A stretch of 40,620 nt of DNA from the NCBI GenBank assembly GCA_964638215.1, contig CAZXBI010000002.1, positions 1 through 40,620 on the forward strand. Reading direction: 5' to 3'. The notes under the pieces are model-generated. The model saw only the letters and a list, made by a program, of their open reading frames with translations, ran no database searches and had not been told where the DNA came from. This document shows, one piece after another, positions 18,299-26,975 of this stretch. Numbering within the stretch: the stretch's first letter is position 1; each line of letters begins with the position of its first letter. This stretch comes from an uncultured Syntrophorhabdus sp. (GTDB lineage Bacteria; Desulfobacterota; BSN033; UBA1163). A program made the position numbers and the translations under genes.

Positions 18299-18709
18299 AT
18301 GACTATGGCATCCAATAAAAAGGCAAGGGTATTAGTGGCAAAGCATATTCTAGAAGGTCATGATCGAGGAGGAAAAACGGTTATTAGGATGTTGAGGGAT
18401 GCAGGGGTTGAGGTCATCTATATCATTTATCGGATTCCAGAAGATGTCGTCATGGCAGCGAAGCAAGAAGATGTTGATGTCATCGGTTTAAGCTTTTTCA
18501 GTGGAGGATATCTTGAAAATGTCCCGAGGTTAATGAAATTAATGGAAGAAAATAGGATGAAAGATGTCCTCGTCATCCTCGGAGGGTTAATCCCAGATGT
18601 GGATAAACCAGAGTTAGTCAAAATGGGTGTCAAAGGAGTATTCGGACCTGGGGACGATCTGACAGGATTTATCAACATGGTTAAAAGCCATGCCGAAGCA
18701 AGGGTCTAG
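18299..18709 (+). CDS. B12-binding small subunit of mutase 1
   Basis: 136 aa. RVLVAKHILEGHDRGGK is the B12 His-loop but reads ExHxxG. Also VDVIGLSFFSGGY and ILGGLIP motifs. Starts 18 nt after the large subunit. Confidence 0.85.
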   Translation: MTMASNKKARVLVAKHILEGHDRGGKTVIRMLRDAGVEVIYIIYRIPEDVVMAAKQEDVDVIGLSFFSGGYLENVPRLMKLMEENRMKDVLVILGGLIPDVDKPELVKMGVKGVFGPGDDLTGFINMVKSHAEARV

Positions 18710-18923
18710 ATTCTTTTTCCGACTCGAATATGGAGGAGGTAGAAAAGAGCATCCATCTGGCTGAAGTAAAACTTATTTCTAAGTTCCCGCTCTCGAAAAG
18801 AGATAGAGACGATATTTTCAACCCACAATTGGTGTTAGTCAATCTCATCCATCTCCTGAGTGCTTTCAAAGGCGAACCTTGTAAATGAGAGAATGTTCAT
18901 CCCTAAAGATAGGGGGCTGATCA

Positions 18924-19718
18924 GTGGAGAATAGCTGGAAATTGGGTAGATATTTCACTTTAGAGAAGAGAGATGCTTGTGGGATCGTCTATATGGATCG
19001 ACCCCCTGTCAATTCCTTAGATGTCGAGTTTTTACAAGACTTAGCGAAGATGTCTGACTCGATTTCTGGAGCATCAGAGATAAGAGCTATCGTCCTCACA
19101 AGCCGACTTAAAGTTTTTTGCGCGGGTCTCGATCTGAAGATGGCCTCTCAGATGGATCTTAAAGCGTGGACCCGATATGAAATGGAGTTGGATCATGGTT
19201 TTGGCAAACTGTTGAATCTTCCAAAACCTGTCATTGCAGCCATCAATGGACCTGCCCTTGGAGGAGGGATGGTGATTGCCTTGGCCTCTGACTTTCGTTT
19301 CATTGCTGAGGAGAAAGGAAGAATGGGTCTCCCCGAAGTCAACCTTGGGATTCCTCTTTTAGGGGGATCCACCCAACTTCTGGCTCGAATGTTCAACCGG
19401 GGAGTGGCCATAGAGATTGCTTTTTCTGGAAATACATATAACAGTCATAAGGCTTTGCGTATTGGACTCGTCCACCGGGTCTTCAAGGATGAAGAGCTTC
19501 TGGAGAGATCGGTCGCCTATGCTCAAAAGCTGGCTAAAAAGGGTCCAGTGGCCTTGGCTATGATCAAATGCTGCATCAATGGGAGTTTGAGAAGGGAGAT
19601 TCAGGGAGTACTTCCTTTAGAATTAGAGGCGGTGGAGAAAACGGCCGAAACCGAGGACATGAGAGAGGGGTTTTCCTCTTTCTTTGAGAAACGGAAGCCT
19701 ATTTACAAGGGAAGGTAA
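18924..19718 (+). CDS. crotonase-fold protein, copy 2
   Basis: 264 aa, GTG start. Motifs VFCAGLDL, INGPALGGGMVIALASD, GLPEVNLGI. V replaces the first catalytic Glu. Confidence 0.85.
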   Translation: MENSWKLGRYFTLEKRDACGIVYMDRPPVNSLDVEFLQDLAKMSDSISGASEIRAIVLTSRLKVFCAGLDLKMASQMDLKAWTRYEMELDHGFGKLLNLPKPVIAAINGPALGGGMVIALASDFRFIAEEKGRMGLPEVNLGIPLLGGSTQLLARMFNRGVAIEIAFSGNTYNSHKALRIGLVHRVFKDEELLERSVAYAQKLAKKGPVALAMIKCCINGSLRREIQGVLPLELEAVEKTAETEDMREGFSSFFEKRKPIYKGR

Positions 19719-19731
19719 TGAAAGGAGATAG

Positions 19732-20937
19732 ATGATGAATGACCGTGAAGTTGTCTTTGTATCAGCCGCTCGCACCCCGATCGGAGACTTTGGGGGATCA
19801 TTGAAGGATTTCAGGGCCACTCAACTGGCTGCCATTGCCATTGAGGAGGTCATCCGGAGGATCAATCTTCCTAAGGATCAGATCGAGGATTCGATCTTCG
19901 GTTGCTGCATCCAGAATACTGACGAGATCACTGTGGGTCGGATCGCTGCCCAGTTAGCTGGGCTTCCAGATACCATTCCTGGGGTAACCATTCATCGTCA
20001 GTGCACTTCTTCTATGCAGGCTTTGGTCTATGGTGCTCAGCAGATCCTTTTGGGAGAGGCAGAGATCCTTCTGATCGGAGGAACGGAAAGCATGAGCAAT
20101 ACTCCTTTTACGCTCAAGACTGTTCGATGGGGTGCAAGACTTCGCCATGGAGAGATGACCGATGCCTTATGGGATGCCCTGCATGCCGGAAGTGGAATCT
20201 TAGGGAAGCCCATGATCATGGGTTCTACTGGAGAAAATTTAGCGGAGAAATATAACTTGACTCGAGAACAACAGGATGAAGTTGCGCTGACCAGCCAGCA
20301 CCGTGCTGTGAAGGCGATCAAGGAGGGGAGGTTTAAAGAGGAGATTGTCCCTGTCACCATTCCGCAGAAAAAGGGCCCTCCAAAGATTTTTGATACCGAT
20401 GAACACCCCAGGGAGGGTCTTACCATGGAGGATCTGGCCAGGCTTGAACCTGTCTTCAAAAAGGATGGGACAGTGACAGTAGGAAATGCCTCAGGGATCA
20501 ATGATGGTGCCTGTGCTGCCATCCTCATGTCGAGAAAGAAGGCCGAGAAACTGGGTCTTGAACCATTGGCCAAGCTTCGGATGCCGGGTTATGCTGTTGT
20601 CGGGGTTGATCCCCGATATATGGGATATGCGCCTATTCCAGCAACCGAGATCGCACTGCAAAAAGCAGGTTTGACCCTTAAAGACATTGAGTTGATCGAA
20701 TGTAATGAGGCCTTTGCTGCTCAATACCTCACCTGCGAAAAGCTCTTGGGGTGGGATCGGGAGATCGCCAATGTGAATGGAAGTGGGATCGCCCTTGGTC
20801 ATCCCGTGGGTATGAGTGGGCTCAGGATCGTGATTACCCTCATTTATGAGATGAGAAGAAGGGGTTTGAAAAAGGGCCTGGCTACACTCTGTGGCGGTGG
20901 TGGACAAGGAATGGCAGTGATTCTTGAAAGGGACTAA
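19732..20937 (+). CDS. acetyl-CoA C-acyltransferase (thiolase)
   Basis: 401 aa. Motifs VFVSAARTPIG, nucleophile Cys in HRQCTSSMQAL, NEAFAAQ, GHPVGMSG, CGGGGQG. Confidence 0.9.
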   Translation: MMNDREVVFVSAARTPIGDFGGSLKDFRATQLAAIAIEEVIRRINLPKDQIEDSIFGCCIQNTDEITVGRIAAQLAGLPDTIPGVTIHRQCTSSMQALVYGAQQILLGEAEILLIGGTESMSNTPFTLKTVRWGARLRHGEMTDALWDALHAGSGILGKPMIMGSTGENLAEKYNLTREQQDEVALTSQHRAVKAIKEGRFKEEIVPVTIPQKKGPPKIFDTDEHPREGLTMEDLARLEPVFKKDGTVTVGNASGINDGACAAILMSRKKAEKLGLEPLAKLRMPGYAVVGVDPRYMGYAPIPATEIALQKAGLTLKDIELIECNEAFAAQYLTCEKLLGWDREIANVNGSGIALGHPVGMSGLRIVITLIYEMRRRGLKKGLATLCGGGGQGMAVILERD

Positions 20938-21052
20938 CCTTTGGAACCCATCCCCTCTTGACTGATCGAAATCTCGGCAAAACCGACACCCAACCCCAAA
21001 ATGTGATGAAGGTTGTCCATGAAGGATTTTCGATGGGATTGGAGATTTGGCG

Positions 21053-22180
21053 ATGAAAAGAGTGGAACGATTGAAGGAGGCATTAAGGCAGCCTGAACAG
21101 TGGGCCAATCGATGGAAGGCCCAAGGCGGGAAGGTAATAGGATATCTCTGCACGAATATCCCAGAGGAAATTCTCTTTGCAGCCTCCGCTCTTCCCATAC
21201 GGATCATGGGAAATCCCGGAGAGACAACATCTCTCGCCAATGCCTATCTTCAGAGCAATATCTGTCCTTTTGTTCGAAGTTGCCTGGACCAGGGGCTCAA
21301 AAGAAGATATTCGTATCTCGATGGCATCATATTTCCTCATACCTGTGATGGCATTTGTAAACTCCACGATGCATGGAAGAGATATATTTCCATTCCCTTT
21401 GTCTATATGATGGATTATCCCCACCGTATCTCTTCCATGTCTTACGACTACTTCTCAAAAGAGATCTTGAAGTTGAGGAGGGCTCTTGAAGAATTGACTG
21501 GTCATGAGATAACTGACGATTCCCTTGCCCAGGCCATTGAGATTTATAATGAGAATCGGAGACTCCTTAAATCTCTCTATTCTCTCAGGAAGAGATCAGG
21601 TCCTGATATTTCTGGTTCTGAAATCCTTCAAATCATGAAATTGGGCATGATCATGCCAAAAACAGAACATAATATTTTATTGAAAGAATGGATTGATGAG
21701 ATCAAGAAGAGAGAAAAGGGTGCGGATGAGAAACCAAGAATTGTCATCTCGGGAAGCATCCTGGATAATCCTGATCTCATTCAGGAGATCGAGAAAGGGG
21801 GATGCAGAATAGTAGCAGACGACCTCTGCATAGGAACCCGTTACTTCTGGGATGAGGTAGCACTTGGGGGGAGTCCATGGGAGGCACTGAGTCGACGATA
21901 CCTTGATAAGATTCCTTGTTCATGTATCAACTCTGCGCGTAGCCGATTGGACCATATATTATCAATGGTCAAGGAATTTGAAGCGGATGGGGTCATTTTC
22001 TATAAACTCAAATTCTGCGACAATTATCATTATGATGCGCCACCCTTCCGAGAAAGGTTGAAGTCCTTAGGAGTCCCAGTATTGGAATTGGAATCAGAGT
22101 ATGCCTCCACAGGATACGGTCAATTGAAGACGCGGATTCAGGCCTTTTTGGAGATGATCTCTATCAAAGTAAGAGTATAG
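21053..22180 (+). CDS. HgdB/HadC/BcrC-like subunit of 2-hydroxyacyl-CoA dehydratase / benzoyl-CoA reductase family
   Basis: About 375 aa. N-terminus ...GGKVIGYLCTNIPEEILFAA.ALPIR and C-terminal DGVIFYKLKFCDNYHYD are typical of the HGD-D family. The ORF is open from TTG 21047; ATG 21053 follows GGAG (21041-21044). Confidence 0.8.
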   Translation: MKRVERLKEALRQPEQWANRWKAQGGKVIGYLCTNIPEEILFAASALPIRIMGNPGETTSLANAYLQSNICPFVRSCLDQGLKRRYSYLDGIIFPHTCDGICKLHDAWKRYISIPFVYMMDYPHRISSMSYDYFSKEILKLRRALEELTGHEITDDSLAQAIEIYNENRRLLKSLYSLRKRSGPDISGSEILQIMKLGMIMPKTEHNILLKEWIDEIKKREKGADEKPRIVISGSILDNPDLIQEIEKGGCRIVADDLCIGTRYFWDEVALGGSPWEALSRRYLDKIPCSCINSARSRLDHILSMVKEFEADGVIFYKLKFCDNYHYDAPPFRERLKSLGVPVLELESEYASTGYGQLKTRIQAFLEMISIKVRV

Positions 22181-22182
22181 TC

Positions 22183-22707
22183 ATGGAACGTGGTCTTATC
22201 CAGGTCTATACTGGGAATGGTAAGGGTAAAACGACTGCTGCCTTGGGGTTAGCCTTGAGGGCGGTCGGCCATGGGTTAAAGGTCTTGATCGTTCAGTTTA
22301 TGAAAGGGAGTGTAAACTATGGCGAAAAGGAATCTGCAAGAAAACTTTCTCCCTATTTGACGATAAAAAAGATGGGGAGGGAGACCTTTGTTTCTAAATC
22401 TCATCCCGATCCAGTGGATTTTAGGAATGCTCAAGAGGGGTTCTCCTTAGCAAGAGAAGCGATCAAGAATGAAGAATTTGACATCGTGGTTCTTGACGAG
22501 ATCAATTTGGCTATTGATTATGGCTTAATCCCTCTGTCTGATCTTCTCCAGCTCATCGATTCAAAACCGAAGACAGTAGAACTCATCCTCACCGGTAGAA
22601 ATGCGAAACCAGAAATCTTGGAAAAGGCCGATTTGGTAACAGAAATGGTGGAAAGGAAACACTACTATCATAAAGGGGTTCCAGCACGGCAAGGTATAGA
22701 AATATAA
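22183..22707 (+). CDS. cobO: ATP:cob(I)alamin adenosyltransferase, CobO/CobA/BtuR type
   Basis: 174 aa. GLIQVYTGNGKGKTTAALGLALRAVGHG..V.IVQFMKG and VVLDEIN motifs. Starts 2 nt after the preceding stop. Confidence 0.85.
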   Translation: MERGLIQVYTGNGKGKTTAALGLALRAVGHGLKVLIVQFMKGSVNYGEKESARKLSPYLTIKKMGRETFVSKSHPDPVDFRNAQEGFSLAREAIKNEEFDIVVLDEINLAIDYGLIPLSDLLQLIDSKPKTVELILTGRNAKPEILEKADLVTEMVERKHYYHKGVPARQGIEI

Positions 22708-22846
22708 TTCCAAAAGTTCGGGGTAGGAGATCCGAACGTATTCTATGGAAGGGAAATGCGCTTTTTCTCAATTGGGCTGCCGTCCAAAGTGCAACGGAGT
22801 GGGGAGAGGAGAACGCAAAGCCCAAGGGATAGGAGAGATAGTTCAC

Positions 22847-23620
22847 ATGATCACTGTAGGGATCGATATTGGGGCTTTAACGGCAAAGGCCGTTGTGACG
22901 AAGGATGGAACGATCCTCTCTTGGGCAATCCTGACGACAGGAGAAGAAGGGGCTGTGGCCGCTCAGAAGGTCTTGCAAGAAGCCCTTGAAAAGGCGCAGC
23001 TTTCAATCAAAGAGATTCATCGGATTGCCTCGACAGGCTATGGAAAAGAAACGGTCCACTTTTCCAAACAGCAGGTTCCAGATATGATCTGTCAGGCTAA
23101 AGGGAGTCGATGGTTCTTACCAACAGGAAAGACCTTTATCGACATTGGCGCTGAGACAAGTCGGGCCATCCGATTGGATGGACGGGGAAAGGTGGTTGAC
23201 TTTGCGGTCAATGATAAATGTGCATCAGGAACAGGGATCTTCTTAGAGACTATGGCAAAGGTCTTGGAGGTTCCTCTGGCTGATATGGGGAAATTGGCAT
23301 CCCTATCGAAAGAGCCGGTGGCCATCAGCAGTATGTGTGCGGTTTTCGCCGAATCAGAGATCGTTTCTCATATTCACCAGAAAGTTCCAAAATCTGACAT
23401 TGCCGCGGGAATCCATCAATCTGTGGCTCAGAGGATTATGGGACTTTTAGATAAGATTGGAGTTGAAGTGGATGTGGGGTTGACAGGAGGAGTCGCCAAA
23501 AACTCAGGTGTGGTAAAGGCCCTTGAAGAGCGAATCGGGCTTTCTATTTTTCTCCCGGAGGAACCTCAGATCATAGGGGCTGTCGGTTGTGCTCTGGTGG
23601 CGGCAGGAGTGAATAGATGA
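22847..23620 (+). CDS. activase-type ATPase 1 (BcrAD_BadFG / HgdC family)
   Basis: ITVGIDIGALTAKAVV phosphate-1 motif. The two cluster-ligand Cys sit in NDKCASGTG and SSMCAVFAESE. Also TGGVAKN. The ORF is open from 22745, but AGGAGAG (22831-22837) precedes ATG 22847. Confidence 0.85.
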   Translation: MITVGIDIGALTAKAVVTKDGTILSWAILTTGEEGAVAAQKVLQEALEKAQLSIKEIHRIASTGYGKETVHFSKQQVPDMICQAKGSRWFLPTGKTFIDIGAETSRAIRLDGRGKVVDFAVNDKCASGTGIFLETMAKVLEVPLADMGKLASLSKEPVAISSMCAVFAESEIVSHIHQKVPKSDIAAGIHQSVAQRIMGLLDKIGVEVDVGLTGGVAKNSGVVKALEERIGLSIFLPEEPQIIGAVGCALVAAGVNR

Positions 23621-24819
23621 ACTTCCAAACATCAAAAAAGACGGTCAACCTTTCGAAAGAGATCTGGCCGATGGTGAAACAGTACTATGCCTGGTGCAAG
23701 GAAGCAAAACAGGCTGGTAAGAAAGTGGTCTGGACTGTCGGTCTTGGACCGAATGAACTTCTCCACGCCTTCGGTCTTGCCCCAATTTTTTTGGAACAGT
23801 ACTCCATCGTCATGGCAGGGAGACATCAGGTGACGAGGTACCTGGAAATGGCGGAGAATCTGGGTTTTTCAAGAGACAGTTGCTCTTATCATCGGGCCTT
23901 GATCGGTTACGGTTTGGAACCCGATGGTTTGATGATTCCGAAGCCAGACCTGGTCTTAGCCACGGCGACCCCATGCGACAGTTCAAGTAAGAGTTTCATC
24001 GCCTTGGTGAATCGTCTCGGTATCCCTTACTACTATCTGGATATCCCATTCAACTGCACGGAGGGCGCTGGAGAGGCCCATCAGTTCGACTATGTCGAGG
24101 AGCAGTTAAAAGAACTTGTCTCCTTTTTGGAGAAGGAGACTGGAGTATCACTAACCAGTGAGAGGCTTGGAAAAGTGGTGGGATTGGCCAATCGGGCTAA
24201 TGATCTTTGGGCCAAGATCAATGATTTGCGGAAGGCCGTTCCCTGCCCCATGACTGTGGCAGATGAGATGGGCCTCGCCTATCCACTCTTTCAGTTGCCT
24301 GGGACCGAACAGACGGTGCAATTTTACGAGAAGGTGCTTGCTGAGGTGGGAGAGCGAGTTCGGAAAGAGGAAGGAGCCATCCCAAATGAGCGATATCGAA
24401 TTCTATGGCTCGGACCTGCAGCATGGTATCACTTACGGCTTCTCAATTATGTTGAGGATTACGGCGGGGTTCTCGTGAAATCTGACTTTGACTACCTGAC
24501 CCATGGATGGATTGATCCTGGGAATCCCTTGAGAGGAATAGGAGAGAAGATGATCTCCGGATTCCTCAATGGTGTTGTGGAGAACCGCATCCAGCTGGCA
24601 CGACGATTCGTCCAAGACTACCGGATCAATGGCGTCATCGCCTTTTCTCACTTTGGATGTCGCCAATATGGAGGCGGGCAGAGAGCGGTCAAGGATGCCC
24701 TTTTTGAGGAGTTCGGAATTCCGACCCTTATCCTTGAGGGGGATAACATCGATGAGAGAAACTATGCCGATGACCAAGTGAGGAGTCGGATTGAGGACTT
24801 TATTTCTTTAATGATGTAG
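23617..24819 (+). CDS. HgdA/HadB/BcrB-like subunit of 2-hydroxyacyl-CoA dehydratase / benzoyl-CoA reductase family
   Basis: 400 aa. ATGA overlap with the upstream ATPase gene. Motifs KKVVWTVGLGPNELLHAFGL.P, ATPCDSSSK, INGVIAFSHFGCRQYGG. Confidence 0.8.
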   Translation: MNFQTSKKTVNLSKEIWPMVKQYYAWCKEAKQAGKKVVWTVGLGPNELLHAFGLAPIFLEQYSIVMAGRHQVTRYLEMAENLGFSRDSCSYHRALIGYGLEPDGLMIPKPDLVLATATPCDSSSKSFIALVNRLGIPYYYLDIPFNCTEGAGEAHQFDYVEEQLKELVSFLEKETGVSLTSERLGKVVGLANRANDLWAKINDLRKAVPCPMTVADEMGLAYPLFQLPGTEQTVQFYEKVLAEVGERVRKEEGAIPNERYRILWLGPAAWYHLRLLNYVEDYGGVLVKSDFDYLTHGWIDPGNPLRGIGEKMISGFLNGVVENRIQLARRFVQDYRINGVIAFSHFGCRQYGGGQRAVKDALFEEFGIPTLILEGDNIDERNYADDQVRSRIEDFISLMM

Positions 24820-24831
24820 GAGGGGAGAGAG

Positions 24832-25632
24832 ATGTTTTTTGCTGGGGTAGATGTTGGTTCCTTGAGTGCTGACACAGTGATCATGGACGATGGAAAGGTA
24901 GTTGCTTATAGCGTTCTTCCCACTGGAGGGGATAGTACGAACGCAGCTTATAAAGCCATGGAGGTTGCACTGAATCAAGGGGCTCTTAAACTCGGGGACA
25001 TGGCCTACACGGTTGCAACGGGCTATGGCAGAGTGAATGTTCCCTTTGCCAGAGAAAACGTCACAGAGATCTCGTGCCATGCACGAGGTGCTCATTGGCT
25101 CTTTCCTTCAACGAGGACCATCCTGGATATGGGAGGCCAGGACTGCAAGGCCATTCGATGTGATGAACAAGGAAATGTCGTAGACTTCGCCATGAATGAG
25201 AAGTGTGCTGCCGGAACAGGAAGGTATCTGGAGATCATTGCTGAAGTCTTGGAGATGAGACTCGAAGAGATTGGGCCGAGATCTTTGGAGGCAAAGCAGG
25301 AAGTAGGGATCAGCTCAGCATGTGCTGTTTTTGCTCGCTCAGAGGTGCTCTCATTGGTTCGGAAGGGAGTTCCTAAAAATGATGTCCTTGGAGGGATCCA
25401 CGAGGCCATTGTTTGTCGAGTCCTAGCCCTGATCATGCGAGTGGGAATTGAAAAGGATTTTATCATCACCGGAGGGATTGCTAAGAATATTGGGGTGGTG
25501 CGCCGATTGGAAAAAAGGATGGAATTGGACGCTAAGATACCAACAGAGCCCCAAATTGTGGGGGCCCTCGGAGCAGCCCTCTTCGCAGAGGAGAGGTTTC
25601 GTTCTGGATTTCAAAAAACGGGAGGTGTGTGA
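24832..25632 (+). CDS. activase-type ATPase 2 (BcrAD_BadFG / HgdC family)
   Basis: 266 aa. FAGVDVGSLSADTVI, NEKCAAGTG, SSACAVFARSE, TGGIAKN. A clearly different paralogue of ATPase 1. GGAGGGGAGAG Shine-Dalgarno. Confidence 0.85.
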   Translation: MFFAGVDVGSLSADTVIMDDGKVVAYSVLPTGGDSTNAAYKAMEVALNQGALKLGDMAYTVATGYGRVNVPFARENVTEISCHARGAHWLFPSTRTILDMGGQDCKAIRCDEQGNVVDFAMNEKCAAGTGRYLEIIAEVLEMRLEEIGPRSLEAKQEVGISSACAVFARSEVLSLVRKGVPKNDVLGGIHEAIVCRVLALIMRVGIEKDFIITGGIAKNIGVVRRLEKRMELDAKIPTEPQIVGALGAALFAEERFRSGFQKTGGV

Positions 25633-26786
25633 TGGATTTTGAGCTTTCGGAGGAACAGAAGGGAATCAAGCGGGCAGCTTTCGAGTTTGCAAAAGGGGAG
25701 TTCGACAAGGATCTCGCTATGGAGTTGACAAAGAATCATGCCTTTCCTGCGGAGATTCATAAGAAGACCTGTAAACTTGGATTTATCGGGATGCATTATC
25801 CGGAGGCCTATGGTGGGCAGGGTTATGGAATCCTTGAGAATGGTTTGGTCATGGAGGAATTCTGTCGTCAAGACTCCAGTATCGGGATTGCTCTCAGCGT
25901 TTGCAATTTTTCTTCGGAGATCATCTTGCGTTTCGGCAATGAAGAACAGAAAAAGAAATATTTGATTCCTTTAACCAAGGGTGAAATGATCTCCTCGGGT
26001 GCTTTTACAGAGCCAGATCACGGGAGCGATATTACCCAGATGTTCACCACTGCCATGTTGGAGGATGGAGGGTTCGTCGTTAATGGCACAAAGACGTTCA
26101 TCACCAATGGGACGATTGCAAAATTCGCCATCGTCCTTTGTCAAACCGATTCTAATGCCAAGCCCACTTATCGAGGACAATCCACCATCCTCGTAGAGAC
26201 AGGTCGAGAGGGATTTGAGATTTCAGATGTGGGTGAAAAGATGGGAATCAAGATGAGCCCCACGACGGAGATGTCATTCAACAATGTAAGGGTCCCCAAA
26301 GAAAATCTCATAGGAGAGCTCAATAAAGGGTTTTACAATGTTCTCGGGTTCTTTGATGAAAGCCGTGTTTTGGTAGGGTCCCAAGGTCTTGGGATCGCTC
26401 AGGGGGCCTTTGATCGGGCCTTGGATTATACCAAAAAGAGGACTCAGTTTGGGCAAAAATTGGTGGATTTTCAGGTGACCCAACATAAACTGGCAGATAT
26501 GGCGACAAAGATAGAGGTTGCCCGATTGCTGGTTTACAAGGCCGGATGGAACTTCGACCAGGGGAGGATTGATCCCAAACTCACATCGATGGCCAAGATG
26601 TTTGCAGCTCGGGTGGCGGTGGAGGTTGCAGACGAAGCGATTCAAATGTTAGGAGGATATGGTTATATTACGGAATATGAGGTGGAGCGGTTCTACCGAG
26701 ATGCAAAAATCACTGAGATTTATGAAGGGACGCGGGAGATCCAGAAGAATACGATTGCGAGTTACCTGATTGGCAAGAACAAATGA
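25632..26786 (+). CDS. acyl-CoA dehydrogenase (butyryl/medium-chain type)
   Basis: About 384 aa. The ATG overlaps the stop of the ATPase 2 gene (TGATG 25630-25634). Motifs AFTEPDHGSD, GTKTFITNG, and catalytic-base context IYEGTREIQ. Confidence 0.9.
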   Translation: MDFELSEEQKGIKRAAFEFAKGEFDKDLAMELTKNHAFPAEIHKKTCKLGFIGMHYPEAYGGQGYGILENGLVMEEFCRQDSSIGIALSVCNFSSEIILRFGNEEQKKKYLIPLTKGEMISSGAFTEPDHGSDITQMFTTAMLEDGGFVVNGTKTFITNGTIAKFAIVLCQTDSNAKPTYRGQSTILVETGREGFEISDVGEKMGIKMSPTTEMSFNNVRVPKENLIGELNKGFYNVLGFFDESRVLVGSQGLGIAQGAFDRALDYTKKRTQFGQKLVDFQVTQHKLADMATKIEVARLLVYKAGWNFDQGRIDPKLTSMAKMFAARVAVEVADEAIQMLGGYGYITEYEVERFYRDAKITEIYEGTREIQKNTIASYLIGKNK

Positions 26787-26975
26787 ACTCAACAATAATA
26801 AGGGGGATTTAAGATGCGGAAGGTTGCGCTGTTTCTGGATGATTCCAAAGAATGATCATTGTCCTCCCTGTCATTGGGTTCTTTAGTTTCTCTACAGCCC
26901 CCTTAGGGAATGATAGACTAAAAAATGTATAAAATATCAGTCGCTAAATAGAACGGATTTGAAGAGGGAAACAGG

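Noticed and set aside
18730-18888. 52-codon ORF (MEEVEKSIHLAEVKLISKFPLSKRDRDDIFNPQLVLVNLIHLLSAFKGEPCK) in the 215-nt gap between the mutase-1 small subunit and crotonase 2.
   Set aside because: It has no Shine-Dalgarno and no recognisable motif, and is below the size where chance ORFs are excluded in AT-rich DNA. It could be real, but the sequence alone does not support it.
20491-21240. 249-aa minus-strand ORF spanning the thiolase 3' end and the HgdB-like 5' end.
   Set aside because: It is antisense to two ORFs with unmistakable family motifs. It shows no recognisable motif and has a low-complexity, Ser/Pro/Arg/Gly-rich composition typical of shadow ORFs.
22745-22846. N-terminal 34-aa Cys-containing extension (MEGKCAFSQLGCRPKCNG...) of ATPase 1 if translation starts at 22745.
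   Set aside because: There is no Shine-Dalgarno at 22745. AGGAGAG precedes ATG 22847, which aligns with the start of ATPase 2 and of HgdC-type activators. The extension is left as an open possibility only.
21053-25632. Calling the four-gene set a bona fide class I benzoyl-CoA reductase (bcrCBAD/bzdNOPQ).
   Set aside because: The subunit sizes and the adjacent acyl-CoA dehydrogenase fit Had/Fld-type dehydratases equally well. No dienoyl-CoA hydratase, Had or Oah genes are present, and the gene order differs. It is kept at family level.
26787-26975. Searched for a cobalamin riboswitch upstream of mutase 2. Also checked 16505-16577, 22708-22846 and 32893-33130.
   Set aside because: I could not find the conserved B12-box-like core (GCCACTG-type element with the flanking GGGAA/GGTG features) on either strand. 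A covariance-model scan would be needed to be certain.
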